A stretch of 64,000 bases of DNA from Puia sp. (GCA_036394375.1 DASWFF010000132.1:210333-274332), one strand, 5' to 3'. Shown: positions 9,833-19,191, counted from the first letter of the stretch. Program-made: numbers and translations. Notes: generated by a model not told the origin, from the sequence alone.

Positions 9833-10048
9833 ATGTTTTTTTTGGGTGTATTGGTAAAGGTGAACAAGTTCACAACCGTGCTCCGCCCGGTTAAGGCAGC
9901 GAATGAGCCTACAATTTATTGATTGTTCAAAACATGAGCAAAAGGAATCGTCCAGTACAGGAATTTAACAGGTGTTTACACGGGTGGTGCTCACCAGGCC
10001 CCTCTTTTCGCCGGGATTTAGTATATTGAATAACCAAACTATCATAAC

Positions 10049-11350
10049 ATGAGAAAATCTTTTCTTTTCCTGAATTTTATTTTATTGTCTGTTCTCTCGC
10101 TGACCGCGCAAAAAAAAGACATTTCTGTCCTTACCGATGCGGCGGCCGATAAAATAGAACCAAAGACCATTGCCTGGAGAAGGGATTTTCATGAGCATCC
10201 TGAATTAGGCAACCGGGAGTTCCGAACCTCCAAGATCATTGCCGATCATCTTCGTTCCCTGGGTATCGAAGTAAAAGAAGGGGTGGGTAAGACCGGAGTT
10301 GTCGGCACTCTGCGGGGAGCAAAGCCCGGTCCTGTCATAGGGTTAAGAGCGGATATGGATGCGCTGCCCCTGGTAGAACGGGTGGATCTGCCTTTTGCTT
10401 CAAAAGTAAAGACTACCTATAATGGGCAGGAGGTCGGAGTGATGCACGCTTGCGGACATGATTCTCATATAGCAATCATGATGAGTGTCGCTGAAGTGTT
10501 GGCAGGGTTCAGGAAAGAGTTAAAGGGTACGGTTAAATTTATTTTCCAGCCGGCGGAAGAAGGCGCTCCTACAGGCGAAGAGGGTGGAGCGGCCCTGATG
10601 ATAAAAGAAGGCGTATTGGACAATCCAAAAGTCGATGTCGTGTTCGGTCTGCATATCAATTCTTCTACAGAGGCGGGAAAGATCAAATACCGCAGCGGGG
10701 GAGCGATGGCCGCTTCCGACTGGTTTACGATCAAAGTAAAAGGAAAGGGATCTCATGGTTCCCAGCCCTGGGCTGGTGTGGATCCGATCGTTGTTGCTTC
10801 GCAGATCATCGCAGGTCTGCAAACCATTATCAGCCGGCAGACGGAATTGACAAAGGATGCCGCCGTTATCTCGGTCTGTGTGATCAAAGCCGGCGTTCGT
10901 TCGAATATCATTCCGGAGGAAGCTGAGATGACAGGTACCATCCGGACCCTGGACACGGCTATGCAAAATGATATTCACGAGAGGATCCGGAGGACTGTCA
11001 CTAAAATCGCAGAAAGCGCCGGGGCTAGCGCCGAAGTGACGATCGAGAAAAAAACCCTGATCACCTACAATGATCCGGCACTGGTAAAAAAGATGTTACC
11101 CTCCCTGCAAAAGACGGCAGGGGAAGAAAATATAAGCTGGATGGATGCTATGACGGGCTCTGAGGATTTTTCTTTCTTCGGGGAGAAAGTACCTTCCTTC
11201 TTTTTCTTTTTGGGCGGTATGAAGAAAGGGCAGGATCCTCATACGGCATTCCCGCATCACACTCCTGACTTTTATATCGATGAGAGCGGCTTCAAGCTGG
11301 GGGTAAAGGCCTTTTGCAACTTAGTGTTTGATTATGCAAATGCTAATTAG
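10049..11350 (+). CDS. M20 family amidohydrolase/peptidase (secreted)
   Basis: Signal peptide. Motifs FHEHPELGNRE, HACGHDSH and FQPAEEG are typical of M20D aminoacylase/hippurate-hydrolase-type enzymes. Confidence 0.85.
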   Translation: MRKSFLFLNFILLSVLSLTAQKKDISVLTDAAADKIEPKTIAWRRDFHEHPELGNREFRTSKIIADHLRSLGIEVKEGVGKTGVVGTLRGAKPGPVIGLRADMDALPLVERVDLPFASKVKTTYNGQEVGVMHACGHDSHIAIMMSVAEVLAGFRKELKGTVKFIFQPAEEGAPTGEEGGAALMIKEGVLDNPKVDVVFGLHINSSTEAGKIKYRSGGAMAASDWFTIKVKGKGSHGSQPWAGVDPIVVASQIIAGLQTIISRQTELTKDAAVISVCVIKAGVRSNIIPEEAEMTGTIRTLDTAMQNDIHERIRRTVTKIAESAGASAEVTIEKKTLITYNDPALVKKMLPSLQKTAGEENISWMDAMTGSEDFSFFGEKVPSFFFFLGGMKKGQDPHTAFPHHTPDFYIDESGFKLGVKAFCNLVFDYANAN

Positions 11351-11390
11351 ATTTTTATATATTTGACTAATTCATAATGTAGTTAAGAAA

Positions 11391-11741
11391 ATGGATATAG
11401 AAACGTTGAGAGACTATTGTCTTGCCAAGAAGGAAGTAGAGGAGGGCATGCCTTTTGGGGATACTACCCTGGTATTTAAGGTAAGGGGAAAGATATTTTT
11501 ACTGGCGTCCCTGGACAGTCCGGTGCTGCAGTTCAATGTAAAATGTGATCCGGAAAAGGCGATTGAGTGGAGAGAGCAATTTGCCGCCGTTCAACCGGGA
11601 TATCATATGAACAAAAAGCTCTGGAATACGATCATCATGGATGGCAGCATCCCTTCTAAGATCCTGAAAGGAATGATCGATGACTCCTATGAACTGGTCG
11701 TAAAATCTCTGCCAAAGAAAATGCAGGAAGGTCTTTTATAA
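11391..11741 (+). CDS. MmcQ/YjbR family DNA-binding protein
   Basis: 116 aa. LRDYCLAKKEVEEGMPFGDTTLVFKVRGKIF...HMNKKLWNT matches the YjbR-fold family pattern. Confidence 0.7.
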   Translation: MDIETLRDYCLAKKEVEEGMPFGDTTLVFKVRGKIFLLASLDSPVLQFNVKCDPEKAIEWREQFAAVQPGYHMNKKLWNTIIMDGSIPSKILKGMIDDSYELVVKSLPKKMQEGLL

Positions 11742-11772
11742 GGCCTTCCCCTGACTTTAGAAAGACTTTGAT

Positions 11773-12348
11773 TCAGCGGTAATATCCGTTTCTTTCTATT
11801 TCTTCCCGCACGGCATCCGGCACCAGGTAACGGATAGATTTTCCTGCTTTCGCTTTTTTCCGGACTTCTGTTGCCGAGATGGGTAACAAAGGGGCTTCGA
11901 GGATCACTAATTTCTTTGCTCCCGGGTAAAAGGGGATAATCTCATGTGCCGATCGTTTATAGATATATATGGGATAGTTGTGAAGGATATGCGTGTAATT
12001 TTTCCATTTTGGAAGATTTTGGAAGCTATCACTCCCCATGATAATAGAGAACTCATGAGTTGGATATTTCTCCTGCATATAAGTGAGGGTGTCTGCCGTG
12101 TAAGAGGGTTTGGGCAGTTTGAACTCTATATCAGATGCTTTCAATCTATTTTCTCCTTCTACCGCCAACTGTACCAGGTAGAGACGATGATATTCATTCA
12201 GGAGGGATCCGGAGGGCTTTAACGGATTCTGTGGGGAGACAACAAACCACACTTGATCAAGTTCCGTATTCTCCAGGATATAGTTTGCAATGAGCAGATG
12301 TCCGTGGTGAATGGGGTTAAAGGATCCGAAGTATAAACCAACTTGCAT
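11773..12348 (-). CDS. nadD: Nicotinate-nucleotide adenylyltransferase
   Basis: GSFNPIHHGHL (HxGH) motif and C-terminal ISATEVRKK (ISSTxxR-like) motif. The start overlaps the feoA stop (TAATG). Confidence 0.9.
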   Translation of the reverse strand: MQVGLYFGSFNPIHHGHLLIANYILENTELDQVWFVVSPQNPLKPSGSLLNEYHRLYLVQLAVEGENRLKASDIEFKLPKPSYTADTLTYMQEKYPTHEFSIIMGSDSFQNLPKWKNYTHILHNYPIYIYKRSAHEIIPFYPGAKKLVILEAPLLPISATEVRKKAKAGKSIRYLVPDAVREEIERNGYYR

Positions 12349-12578
12349 TATAATACCTCCTCTTCCATAAAAATATTATCCGCTTCATCGAGGCGGAGAC
12401 TCAGGTTATAACCTGCCACCGTTATAGAAATAGGGTCTCCCAGGGGAGCTATTTGTTCGACTTTGATCAATTCTCCGGGCACACAGCCCATCTCCATCAG
12501 CTTCAGGAACAGATCATTTTTTTCAAAAGAATGAATCCTTGCTATCGTTCCGGGCTCCAATTCTGATAATCTCTTCAT
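12348..12578 (-). CDS. feoA: FeoA-family small protein
   Basis: 76 aa. LSELEPGTIARI...LMEMGCVPGELIKV...APLGDPISITVAGYNLSLRLDEADNI is a typical FeoA SH3-like domain. Confidence 0.8.
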   Translation of the reverse strand: MKRLSELEPGTIARIHSFEKNDLFLKLMEMGCVPGELIKVEQIAPLGDPISITVAGYNLSLRLDEADNIFMEEEVL

Positions 12579-12784
12579 TTTGTTTTGTTAGCGCTTATAT
12601 TAGGTACGAAATTTCGCGGAACACCGTCCGGGCTTCGGCCTGGCTCGCTTAACAGGACAAAATTAGGCTTTGTAAATCCATCCGAGAAATAATATCCCCG
12701 GGCGATCTTTCGATTTAACACCCATTTCTCACTTATAAATAAATTAAAACTTGGTCAGTTCAAAGAAGCTTACGATTTTCGAAA

Positions 12785-13228
12785 ATGACTTCAGCTTTAT
12801 CGACGCCAAAGATTCATTTTCACTTCCTTAAAGGAGGTTTTACGCTTAGTGAACGGTCTTCCCTGAAAGCTTTTATTGAGACCCTGTTTAAAAGGGAAAA
12901 AAAGAAGCTGTCAGTACTAACCTATATCTTCTGTTCTGATGAATACCTTTTAGAGATCAATAAGCAGTACCTGAAACATGATTTTTATACCGATATCATC
13001 ACCTTTGGTTTATCTGATCCAGGGGAGCCTATAAGCGGAGAGATCTACATAAGTATTGACCGTGTTCGGGATAATGCGGTTCAGTTTAAGACTACTTTAA
13101 AGAAGGAAATCCATAGGGTCATCTTTCACGGAGCCTTGCATTTGTGTGGTTTCCGGGATAAAAAGAAGGAGGAAGAGCTTCTTATGAGGGAAATGGAAGA
13201 CAAATACCTCTCCCTTTATTTCTCCTAA
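12785..13228 (+). CDS. ybeY: rRNA maturation RNase YbeY
   Basis: HRVIFHGALHLCGFRD corresponds to the H-x-x-x-H-x-x-x-x-x-H zinc motif of YbeY. Size 147 aa. Confidence 0.88.
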   Translation: MTSALSTPKIHFHFLKGGFTLSERSSLKAFIETLFKREKKKLSVLTYIFCSDEYLLEINKQYLKHDFYTDIITFGLSDPGEPISGEIYISIDRVRDNAVQFKTTLKKEIHRVIFHGALHLCGFRDKKKEEELLMREMEDKYLSLYFS

Positions 13229-13236
13229 GGTACAAA

Positions 13237-13252
13237 TGTTCCATGTGGAACA
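13237..13252. repeat. 16-nt perfect palindrome TGTTCCATGTGGAACA
   Basis: Lies 9 nt after the ybeY stop codon and shares its core with the larger palindrome 34 nt downstream. Confidence 0.9.
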
Positions 13253-13285
13253 CTTTTGATCTCCCCTGGCTAGTATTAGAAATCT

Positions 13286-13311
13286 AATTCCGTTCCACGT
13301 GGAACGGAATT
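13286..13311. promoter_or_regulatory. 26-nt perfect palindrome AATTCCGTTCCACGTGGAACGGAATT (candidate operator)
   Basis: Perfect dyad immediately upstream of the TAATTTTG -7 box of mnmG, roughly where a -33 element would lie. Confidence 0.5.
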
Positions 13312-13313
13312 GG

Positions 13314-13321
13314 TAATTTTG
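13314..13321 (+). promoter_or_regulatory. Candidate -7 promoter box (TAATTTTG) for mnmG
   Basis: Exact TAnnTTTG match 8 nt upstream of the mnmG ATG, implying a near-leaderless transcript. Confidence 0.4.
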
Positions 13322-13328
13322 CACCACT

Positions 13329-15191
13329 ATGTTTCCTAAATATGATGTTATAGTAGTAGGTGCAGGGCATGCCGGTTGTGAAGCAGCCGCCTCTGCGGCC
13401 AACCTGGGTTCCAAAGTTCTCCTCATAACCATGAATATGCAGACCATTGCTCAAATGAGCTGCAATCCTGCCATGGGGGGGATAGCTAAAGGCCAGATTG
13501 TTCGTGAAATAGATGCCCTGGGCGGTTACTCCGGCATTGTTACCGATACCAGCATGATCCAGTTTCGTATGCTCAATCGATCCAAAGGACCAGCTATGTG
13601 GAGCCCAAGAGCACAAAGTGATCGGATGCTTTTCGCTGCCACCTGGCGGGAAATGTTGGAAAAGACCCCCAATGTGGACTTTTACCAGGATATGGTTAGT
13701 TCCTTAATCATCAAAGAAAATAAGGTCTGCGGAGTAATTACCGGGCTTGGACATGAAATAGAAGCAAGGGCTGTAGTAGTCACCAGTGGAACCTTTCTAA
13801 ACGGGGTTATTCATATCGGGGAGAAAAGATTTGGGGGTGGGAGAGTAGCAGAAAAAGCCGCTACCGGTATCACGGAACAGCTGGTTTCTCTTGGCTTCGA
13901 AAGCGACCGTCTCAAAACAGGCACCCCTCCCAGAATTGACGGAAGAAGCCTGGACTATTCCAAAATGGAAGAACAGGAGGGGGATGAAGAAATAGTAGGA
14001 TTCTCCTACCTGGATACTCCTAAACCTAAAAAACAAAGAAGCTGTTGGATCACCTATACCAGTCAAACCGTTCATGACATTCTTAAAACAGGGTTTGATA
14101 GAAGCCCCATGTATACCGGAAGAATCGAAGGAGTAGGCCCCCGCTACTGTCCGAGCATTGAAGACAAAATCAATCGCTTTGCTGAGAGAGACCGCCATCA
14201 ACTCTTTATAGAGCCGGAAGGATGGAATACTATTGAAATTTATGTTAATGGTTTCTCTACTTCCCTTCCCGAAGAAGTACAGTACGAGGCCTTGCGTCAC
14301 GTACCGGGATTTGAAAAGGTTCGCATATTCCGGCCTGGTTATGCCATCGAGTATGATTACTTTCCACCGACCCAACTCAAACATTCCCTGGAAACCAAAG
14401 GTCTTGACAATCTCTTTTTTGCCGGACAGATCAACGGCACCACCGGTTATGAGGAAGCAGCCTGCCAAGGTCTTATGGCCGGCATCAATGCCCACCAGAA
14501 AGTCAATCAACAGGAGCCTCTTATCCTGAAAAGAAGCGAAGCTTACATCGGTGTCCTTATCGACGATCTTATCAGCAAAGGAACGGAAGAACCTTACCGT
14601 ATGTTTACTTCAAGAGCTGAATTCAGAACCCTTCTCCGCCAGGATAATGCGGATCTCCGATTGACAGAATTAAGCTATCGTCTCGGGTTAGCATCCCAGG
14701 AAAGAATGGATAGAACCCTTGTTAAAAAATCCGGCGTTGAAAAAATAAAAGAAACCCTCAAAGAATTCTCTCTCGAACAAACCGAATCCGAACAATATCT
14801 CTTAGATAAAAACTCTGCTCCACTCACCCAAAAGCAAAGAGCGGCCCAAGTACTTCTGCGACCCGGCATCGATCTTCCTTCGATGATCAATGCCATTCCC
14901 AGGTTGGCTCTTACCATGAATGAATTCGACACCGAAATAATAGAAGAAGCGGAGATTCAACTTAAGTATGCAGTCTATATAGAAAAAGAAAAGGAACTGG
15001 TACAAAGGATGGCCCAGCTGGAAGATCTGCTGATTCCTGATAATTTTAATTACGACAAGATGAATTCCCTCTCTACCGAAGCCTTACAAAAATTCAAAAA
15101 GATCCGGCCCAGAACCCTGGGACAGGCAAGCCGTATCAGCGGAGTAAATCCCAGCGATGTTCAGATCCTGATGGTCTATATGGGAAGATAA
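13329..15191 (+). CDS. mnmG: tRNA uridine 5-carboxymethylaminomethyl modification enzyme MnmG (GidA)
   Basis: FAD motif VIVVGAGHAGCEAA. Conserved blocks MSCNPAMGGIAKG, GPRYCPSIEDK, FFAGQINGTTGYEEAA. 620 aa. Confidence 0.97.
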   Translation: MFPKYDVIVVGAGHAGCEAAASAANLGSKVLLITMNMQTIAQMSCNPAMGGIAKGQIVREIDALGGYSGIVTDTSMIQFRMLNRSKGPAMWSPRAQSDRMLFAATWREMLEKTPNVDFYQDMVSSLIIKENKVCGVITGLGHEIEARAVVVTSGTFLNGVIHIGEKRFGGGRVAEKAATGITEQLVSLGFESDRLKTGTPPRIDGRSLDYSKMEEQEGDEEIVGFSYLDTPKPKKQRSCWITYTSQTVHDILKTGFDRSPMYTGRIEGVGPRYCPSIEDKINRFAERDRHQLFIEPEGWNTIEIYVNGFSTSLPEEVQYEALRHVPGFEKVRIFRPGYAIEYDYFPPTQLKHSLETKGLDNLFFAGQINGTTGYEEAACQGLMAGINAHQKVNQQEPLILKRSEAYIGVLIDDLISKGTEEPYRMFTSRAEFRTLLRQDNADLRLTELSYRLGLASQERMDRTLVKKSGVEKIKETLKEFSLEQTESEQYLLDKNSAPLTQKQRAAQVLLRPGIDLPSMINAIPRLALTMNEFDTEIIEEAEIQLKYAVYIEKEKELVQRMAQLEDLLIPDNFNYDKMNSLSTEALQKFKKIRPRTLGQASRISGVNPSDVQILMVYMGR

Positions 15192-15197
15192 AAATAT

Positions 15198-15244
15198 TCA
15201 GGAACACAATAGTTATATTAAAAATATAATTAATGTGTTCCTGA
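15198..15244. terminator. Long AT-cored hairpin between convergent mnmG and nadA (bidirectional terminator candidate)
   Basis: 11-bp outer stem TCAGGAACACA / TGTGTTCCTGA (15198-15208 / 15234-15244) with additional inner A/T pairing. Confidence 0.6.
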
Positions 15245-15247
15245 GTG

Positions 15248-16258
15248 CTATAAACCGTATCTGGCGCTGATCTCCAGCATCCGTTCGATAGGTTTTCTCG
15301 CAGCCTCTCGTAGCGTCACATCCATGATCAGCTCCGGCTCTTCGTACTTCATGCAGAGATATAACTTTTCCAATGTATTCAGCTTCATATGCGGACAATC
15401 ATTACAGGCACACGCATTGTCCGGAGGTGCAGGAATGAATATCTTGTCCGGAGAAGACAATTGCATCTGATGCAGTATTCCGGTCTCTGTTGCCACTATA
15501 AATTCCTGAGAGGTAGATTGCTGCGAATATTTCAATAAGGCCGTTGTAGAGCCTATAAAGTCCGCTATACGCAATATTGGCTCTTCACACTCAGGGTGAG
15601 CGATCAATTTTGCCTTTGGATGCCTTATCTTCAGCTTAGTGATCTTTTCCAGGCTGAAGATCTCATGCACCATACAAGCTCCATCCCAAAGGACCATATC
15701 CCTGCCCGTCTTTTTTATCAGATAAGCTCCCAGGTTGCGGTCAGGCGCGAAAATGATCTTTTGTTCGGGAGGGATGCTTTCCACAATCTTTTCCGCATTG
15801 GAAGAAGTGCAGATAATATCACTCAGGGCTTTTACTTCCGCCGAACAGTTGATATAAGAAATTACGATATGATCCGGGTGTTTGTCCCGAAAAGCCTTGA
15901 ACAGAGGGCCCGGGGCCGAATCAGCCAGGGAACAGCCGGCCTTGAGATCCGGAAGCACCACTTTCTTGCCCGGATTTAAGATTTTCGCCGTCTCAGCCAT
16001 AAAATGAACTCCCGCAAAAACAATCAGGTCCGCCTTCGTCTTTTCCGCCTGTTGTGCCAATCCCAGGCTATCCCCGATATAATCCGCCACATCCTGTATA
16101 TCGGCATCCTGGTAATAGTGAGCCAGGATAATGGCATTCTTTTCTTTTTTCAGTTTTTCGATCTCCCGAAACAAATCCAGCTCCGGAGAAACATCTATGT
16201 CCAGGAACCCGGTTCTCTGTAATTTTTCTTTAGCTGCAAGAATGTTTATATCTACCAT
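15248..16258 (-). CDS. nadA: Quinolinate synthase
   Basis: 336 aa. [36 protein letters not shown] are typical NadA blocks including cluster-ligand Cys residues. Confidence 0.93.
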   Translation of the reverse strand: MVDINILAAKEKLQRTGFLDIDVSPELDLFREIEKLKKEKNAIILAHYYQDADIQDVADYIGDSLGLAQQAEKTKADLIVFAGVHFMAETAKILNPGKKVVLPDLKAGCSLADSAPGPLFKAFRDKHPDHIVISYINCSAEVKALSDIICTSSNAEKIVESIPPEQKIIFAPDRNLGAYLIKKTGRDMVLWDGACMVHEIFSLEKITKLKIRHPKAKLIAHPECEEPILRIADFIGSTTALLKYSQQSTSQEFIVATETGILHQMQLSSPDKIFIPAPPDNACACNDCPHMKLNTLEKLYLCMKYEEPELIMDVTLREAARKPIERMLEISARYGL

Positions 16259-16944
16259 AGTATTTAATAGTATTTAATTATTTATAAAATTACCTATTAC
16301 TATTAGGATGGTGCATTAGTGGATAAGATTTTTTAAGAGCTTATTGTATTGAAAGAAAGACTTAGTTATTCACCCCAATCCACAATTAGTTAACAATGGA
16401 TACCCCTGTTTGGATCAAGCTTTCAGAAGGTTTTCCACCACTGGGGAGGAAAAAAGCATCCGGATAACTATTTTGGACCCCTTCTGTTAGCTCATGTGGA
16501 ATAAAGGGGGAGTTGTACACCGTCGGGTGGGAGGTCCTTTTCAATTTTAAAGTTCTTACCCATCTTCTCCCAAAATCGGGACCCCGGAAAGGCCGGTTAT
16601 CCACCGGAATCGTAAGTTATCCCTAAGGTCTTGTTGATTAGAGTTTCACACGCTGTGTTGGCCTGTTTCACGGATTGGATAAAATTTTTTTCTGTTTCCG
16701 GGGTCTGGATCCCGAAAATAACGTAGCGCAGAAATAACGTTTTTTTACCAAGTATAGTATATTGTTCCTGCCGGACCCCCAATGGAGGTCCGGATGACCC
16801 CGCCGGCATGATTAAAACGCAGAACAGAGGCCTATTTCGCCTATTTTCCACAATTTGTTAATAATCTTTTTTCCCCTATTTTTGCCATCCTTTCAAAAGA
16901 AGCTGCAAGCTTCTTGTCCAAAGGACAGATATTAGCTATTTGCG

Positions 16945-16977
16945 GGAAATTCGCTAAATTTTAAAAAGCGAATTTCC
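16945..16977. repeat. 11-bp perfect inverted repeat GGAAATTCGCT / AGCGAATTTCC
   Basis: Arms at 16945-16955 and 16967-16977 with an 11-nt A/T loop, 38 nt upstream of the ppiD-like start. Confidence 0.7.
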
Positions 16978-17014
16978 GGCACAGCAACAAAAACCGTATA
17001 TAATAATATAGAGT

Positions 17015-19162
17015 ATGTCAATTATTCAGAAATTAAGGGAGAAAGCTGGCTGGTTAGTTTTCGGTCTGATTACTTTAAGTCTTGTCGGCTTTCTCTTAAT
17101 GGATGCTTTCGTAGGTAGAAGTAAGCTTTTCGGCAACCGCTCTACAACGGTCGGCGTCATTAATGGAGAGAAGATAGAATACAATGACTTTCAGAAGATG
17201 ATCTCCCAGCAGGAAGAACAATATAAGAGCAGGGGTTATCCGATGAATGAAGGAATGTCACAGAATATAAGGGACAATGTCTGGAAGCAGATGGTGGAAG
17301 ACGCCGTGCTGACCGAAAATTTTGCGGCGCTGGGACTGGACGTCAGCGACAAAGAAGTAAATGACATGTTGGTAGGGGCTAATGCCATACCGGATATCAA
17401 ACAGGCTTTCACCGATCCGAAGACGGGTCAGTTCGATGCACAGGCTGCCGCCGCACAGATCAATCAGCTGCGGGCTATCTATAAGGCAGGTACGAAGAAA
17501 GCGGATAAAAATTATGAAGGCGCCCGCCGGTTCTTCGAAGAATCCGTTCCCCAGATTATAAAGATGCGCCTCCGGGAAAAATATACCGCCTTACTGGCCA
17601 ACAGTACCTACGTTCCCAAATGGATGATCGAAAAATCAAATGCCGATAACAGCCAGCTGGCTGCCATCTCTTATGTCAACACTCCTTATTTTACTATCCC
17701 CGACAGTTCGGTAAAAGTGAGTGACGAAGAGATCAGTGAATATATCGGTAAACATAAGGATCAATACAAACAGGAAGAAAGCCGCAGCATCGCCTATGTT
17801 GTATTCGATGCCGCCCCTACTTCTGCTGACAGCGCCAAACTGCGGCAGCAGCTGAGCGACTGGAAAAATGATTTTGCCAAAGCAGATAATATGGAAGCTT
17901 ACCTGGCGCGCGTGGGCAGTGAGATCCCCTACCTTGACGTCTATATGGGGAAGGCCAGGATCCAGGTACCTAATAAAGATTCCATTTTCGCCTTGCCGAA
18001 AGGAGGATTGTTCGGACCTTCCCTGGACGCGGGCAATTATGTAGTGGCTAAAAAAATCGACGAGAAGGTCCTTCCCGATTCTGTAAGGGCCCGTCACATA
18101 CTCGTAGGCACTACGGATCCCCGTTCGGGTCAGCCGATCATGGACGATAGCACCGCAAAGAAAAAAATCGACAGCATCAAAAGCCTGGTAGAAAAAGGCG
18201 AAAGTTTCGATAGCCTGGCTATAAAACTTTCCGACGATCAGGGAAGCAAAGAGAAAGGCGGCGACCTGGGTTATTTTACTTCCGACCGTATGGTAAAGGA
18301 ATTCGCAGAATTTTGTTTTTCCGGAAAGAAAGGAGACAGGAAGGTAGTGAAGACCCAATTCGGATACCATTATATAGAAATCCTCGATCAAAAGAATTTC
18401 GAGCCTGCCTATAAAATAGCTTACCTGAGTAAGAAGATCGAGACCAGCCCGGAAACAGACCAGGCTGCGTCAGGAGCTGCTAACCAGTTTGCAGGGGAAA
18501 GCCGGGATGCAAAAGCATTTGAACAGAATATACAAAAAGGCAATCTCCAGAAATTACTGGCTCCCGATATTCAACCTTCTGAAGTGGCTATCCCCGGACT
18601 GGGACCTAACCGCCAACTGGTCCGCTGGATCTATGACGCTGATCTGGGAAATGTGTCGGAACCTTATGCCGTCGGCGATAAGTATGTGGTTGCCCTGGTT
18701 ACCGAGATCAACCATGAAGGCACCATGACAGCGGCTAAAGGCAGAAACCAGATCGAACCCATCCTTCGCAATCAAAAGAAGGCGGATCTCATTATCAAAA
18801 AACTGGGTACGCCTGCCACACTGGAAGCGGCAGCTACTGCCAGCGGCCAGAATATTCAAAGAGCAGACAGCCTGTTGTTCTCTTCTCCTATGATCCCCAA
18901 TGCAGGACAGGAAGGGAAAGTGATCGGTTCTGCTTTCAATAAGCAATTGTCGGGTAAACCGGCATCTGCACCCATCCCCGGGAATGGCGGCGTCTTTGTG
19001 ATAAAAGTGGAAAATGTGGCTGCCGTGTCGAATCCCAATGCAGATTTACAGCAACAACGATTCATGCAGGAGCAACAGCAAAGGAGCAGGATCACCTATA
19101 CTCTTGTCGATGCGCTGAGAAAATTAGCTACCGTTAAGGATGACAGGGGCAAGTTCTTCTAG
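17015..19162 (+). CDS. ppiD: Periplasmic chaperone / peptidyl-prolyl isomerase, PpiD-like
   Basis: N-terminal membrane anchor (WLVFGLITLSLVGFLLM), SurA-N-like region, and a parvulin domain (ARHILV...GGDLGYFTSDRMVKEF...FGYHYIEI). Confidence 0.85.
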   Translation: MSIIQKLREKAGWLVFGLITLSLVGFLLMDAFVGRSKLFGNRSTTVGVINGEKIEYNDFQKMISQQEEQYKSRGYPMNEGMSQNIRDNVWKQMVEDAVLTENFAALGLDVSDKEVNDMLVGANAIPDIKQAFTDPKTGQFDAQAAAAQINQLRAIYKAGTKKADKNYEGARRFFEESVPQIIKMRLREKYTALLANSTYVPKWMIEKSNADNSQLAAISYVNTPYFTIPDSSVKVSDEEISEYIGKHKDQYKQEESRSIAYVVFDAAPTSADSAKLRQQLSDWKNDFAKADNMEAYLARVGSEIPYLDVYMGKARIQVPNKDSIFALPKGGLFGPSLDAGNYVVAKKIDEKVLPDSVRARHILVGTTDPRSGQPIMDDSTAKKKIDSIKSLVEKGESFDSLAIKLSDDQGSKEKGGDLGYFTSDRMVKEFAEFCFSGKKGDRKVVKTQFGYHYIEILDQKNFEPAYKIAYLSKKIETSPETDQAASGAANQFAGESRDAKAFEQNIQKGNLQKLLAPDIQPSEVAIPGLGPNRQLVRWIYDADLGNVSEPYAVGDKYVVALVTEINHEGTMTAAKGRNQIEPILRNQKKADLIIKKLGTPATLEAAATASGQNIQRADSLLFSSPMIPNAGQEGKVIGSAFNKQLSGKPASAPIPGNGGVFVIKVENVAAVSNPNADLQQQRFMQEQQQRSRITYTLVDALRKLATVKDDRGKFF

Positions 19163-19191
19163 TCGACCTTAATTATCAATCTATTAGAGAG

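Noticed and set aside
9860-9873. Palindrome GTGAACAAGTTCAC in the chrA / M20 divergent spacer, considered as a member of the GTGAAC-containing hairpin family or an operator.
   Set aside because: It is only 6 bp per arm with a 2-nt centre and has no accompanying GGTCTAATGATGG or GC hairpins. The evidence is too weak to call.
16259-16400. Possible NAD+ (nadA-motif) riboswitch upstream of nadA.
   Set aside because: The region immediately upstream of nadA is AT-rich and shows no tandem bulged stem-loops with the CAACCCC-like conserved core. As far as I know, that motif is also confined to Acidobacteria.
16711-16737. A tmRNA-like tag reading frame on the plus strand (CCC GAA AAT AAC GTA GCG CAG AAA TAA). 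Its GAAAATAAC is identical to the start of the Bacteroidota GENNYALAA tag-coding sequence.
   Set aside because: The encoded ending (…VAQK) is not a degradation tag of the ALAA type. There is no GGGGCTG acceptor 5' end at the right distance, and no T-arm or CCA-proximal GGTTCGA(A/T)TCC sequence on either strand of 16259-17014.
16771-16810. SRP (4.5S) RNA-like GGTCCGG sequence in a GC hairpin.
   Set aside because: It lacks the GGAA tetraloop and AGCAGC symmetric-loop consensus (GGUCCGGAAGGAAGCAGC). On the other strand the loop would be GGCA, which is not GNRA.
16586-16838. RNase P RNA-like pieces: GGAAAGGCCGG (16586-16596) resembling GGAAAGUCCGG, and ACAGAGGCCTATTT (16824-16838) resembling ACAGAACCCGGCUUA.
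   Set aside because: The universally conserved bulged U of P4 is a G here, the putative P4 pairing would put the bulge on the wrong strand, and the other conserved regions (GGUAAGAGCGCACC, AGAUGAAUG) are absent.
16386-16851. Two minus-strand ORFs (72 and 84 aa) in the nadA-ppiD gap.
   Set aside because: No recognisable motifs, odd composition, overlapping ends and no plausible start context. I treat them as non-coding pending expression data.
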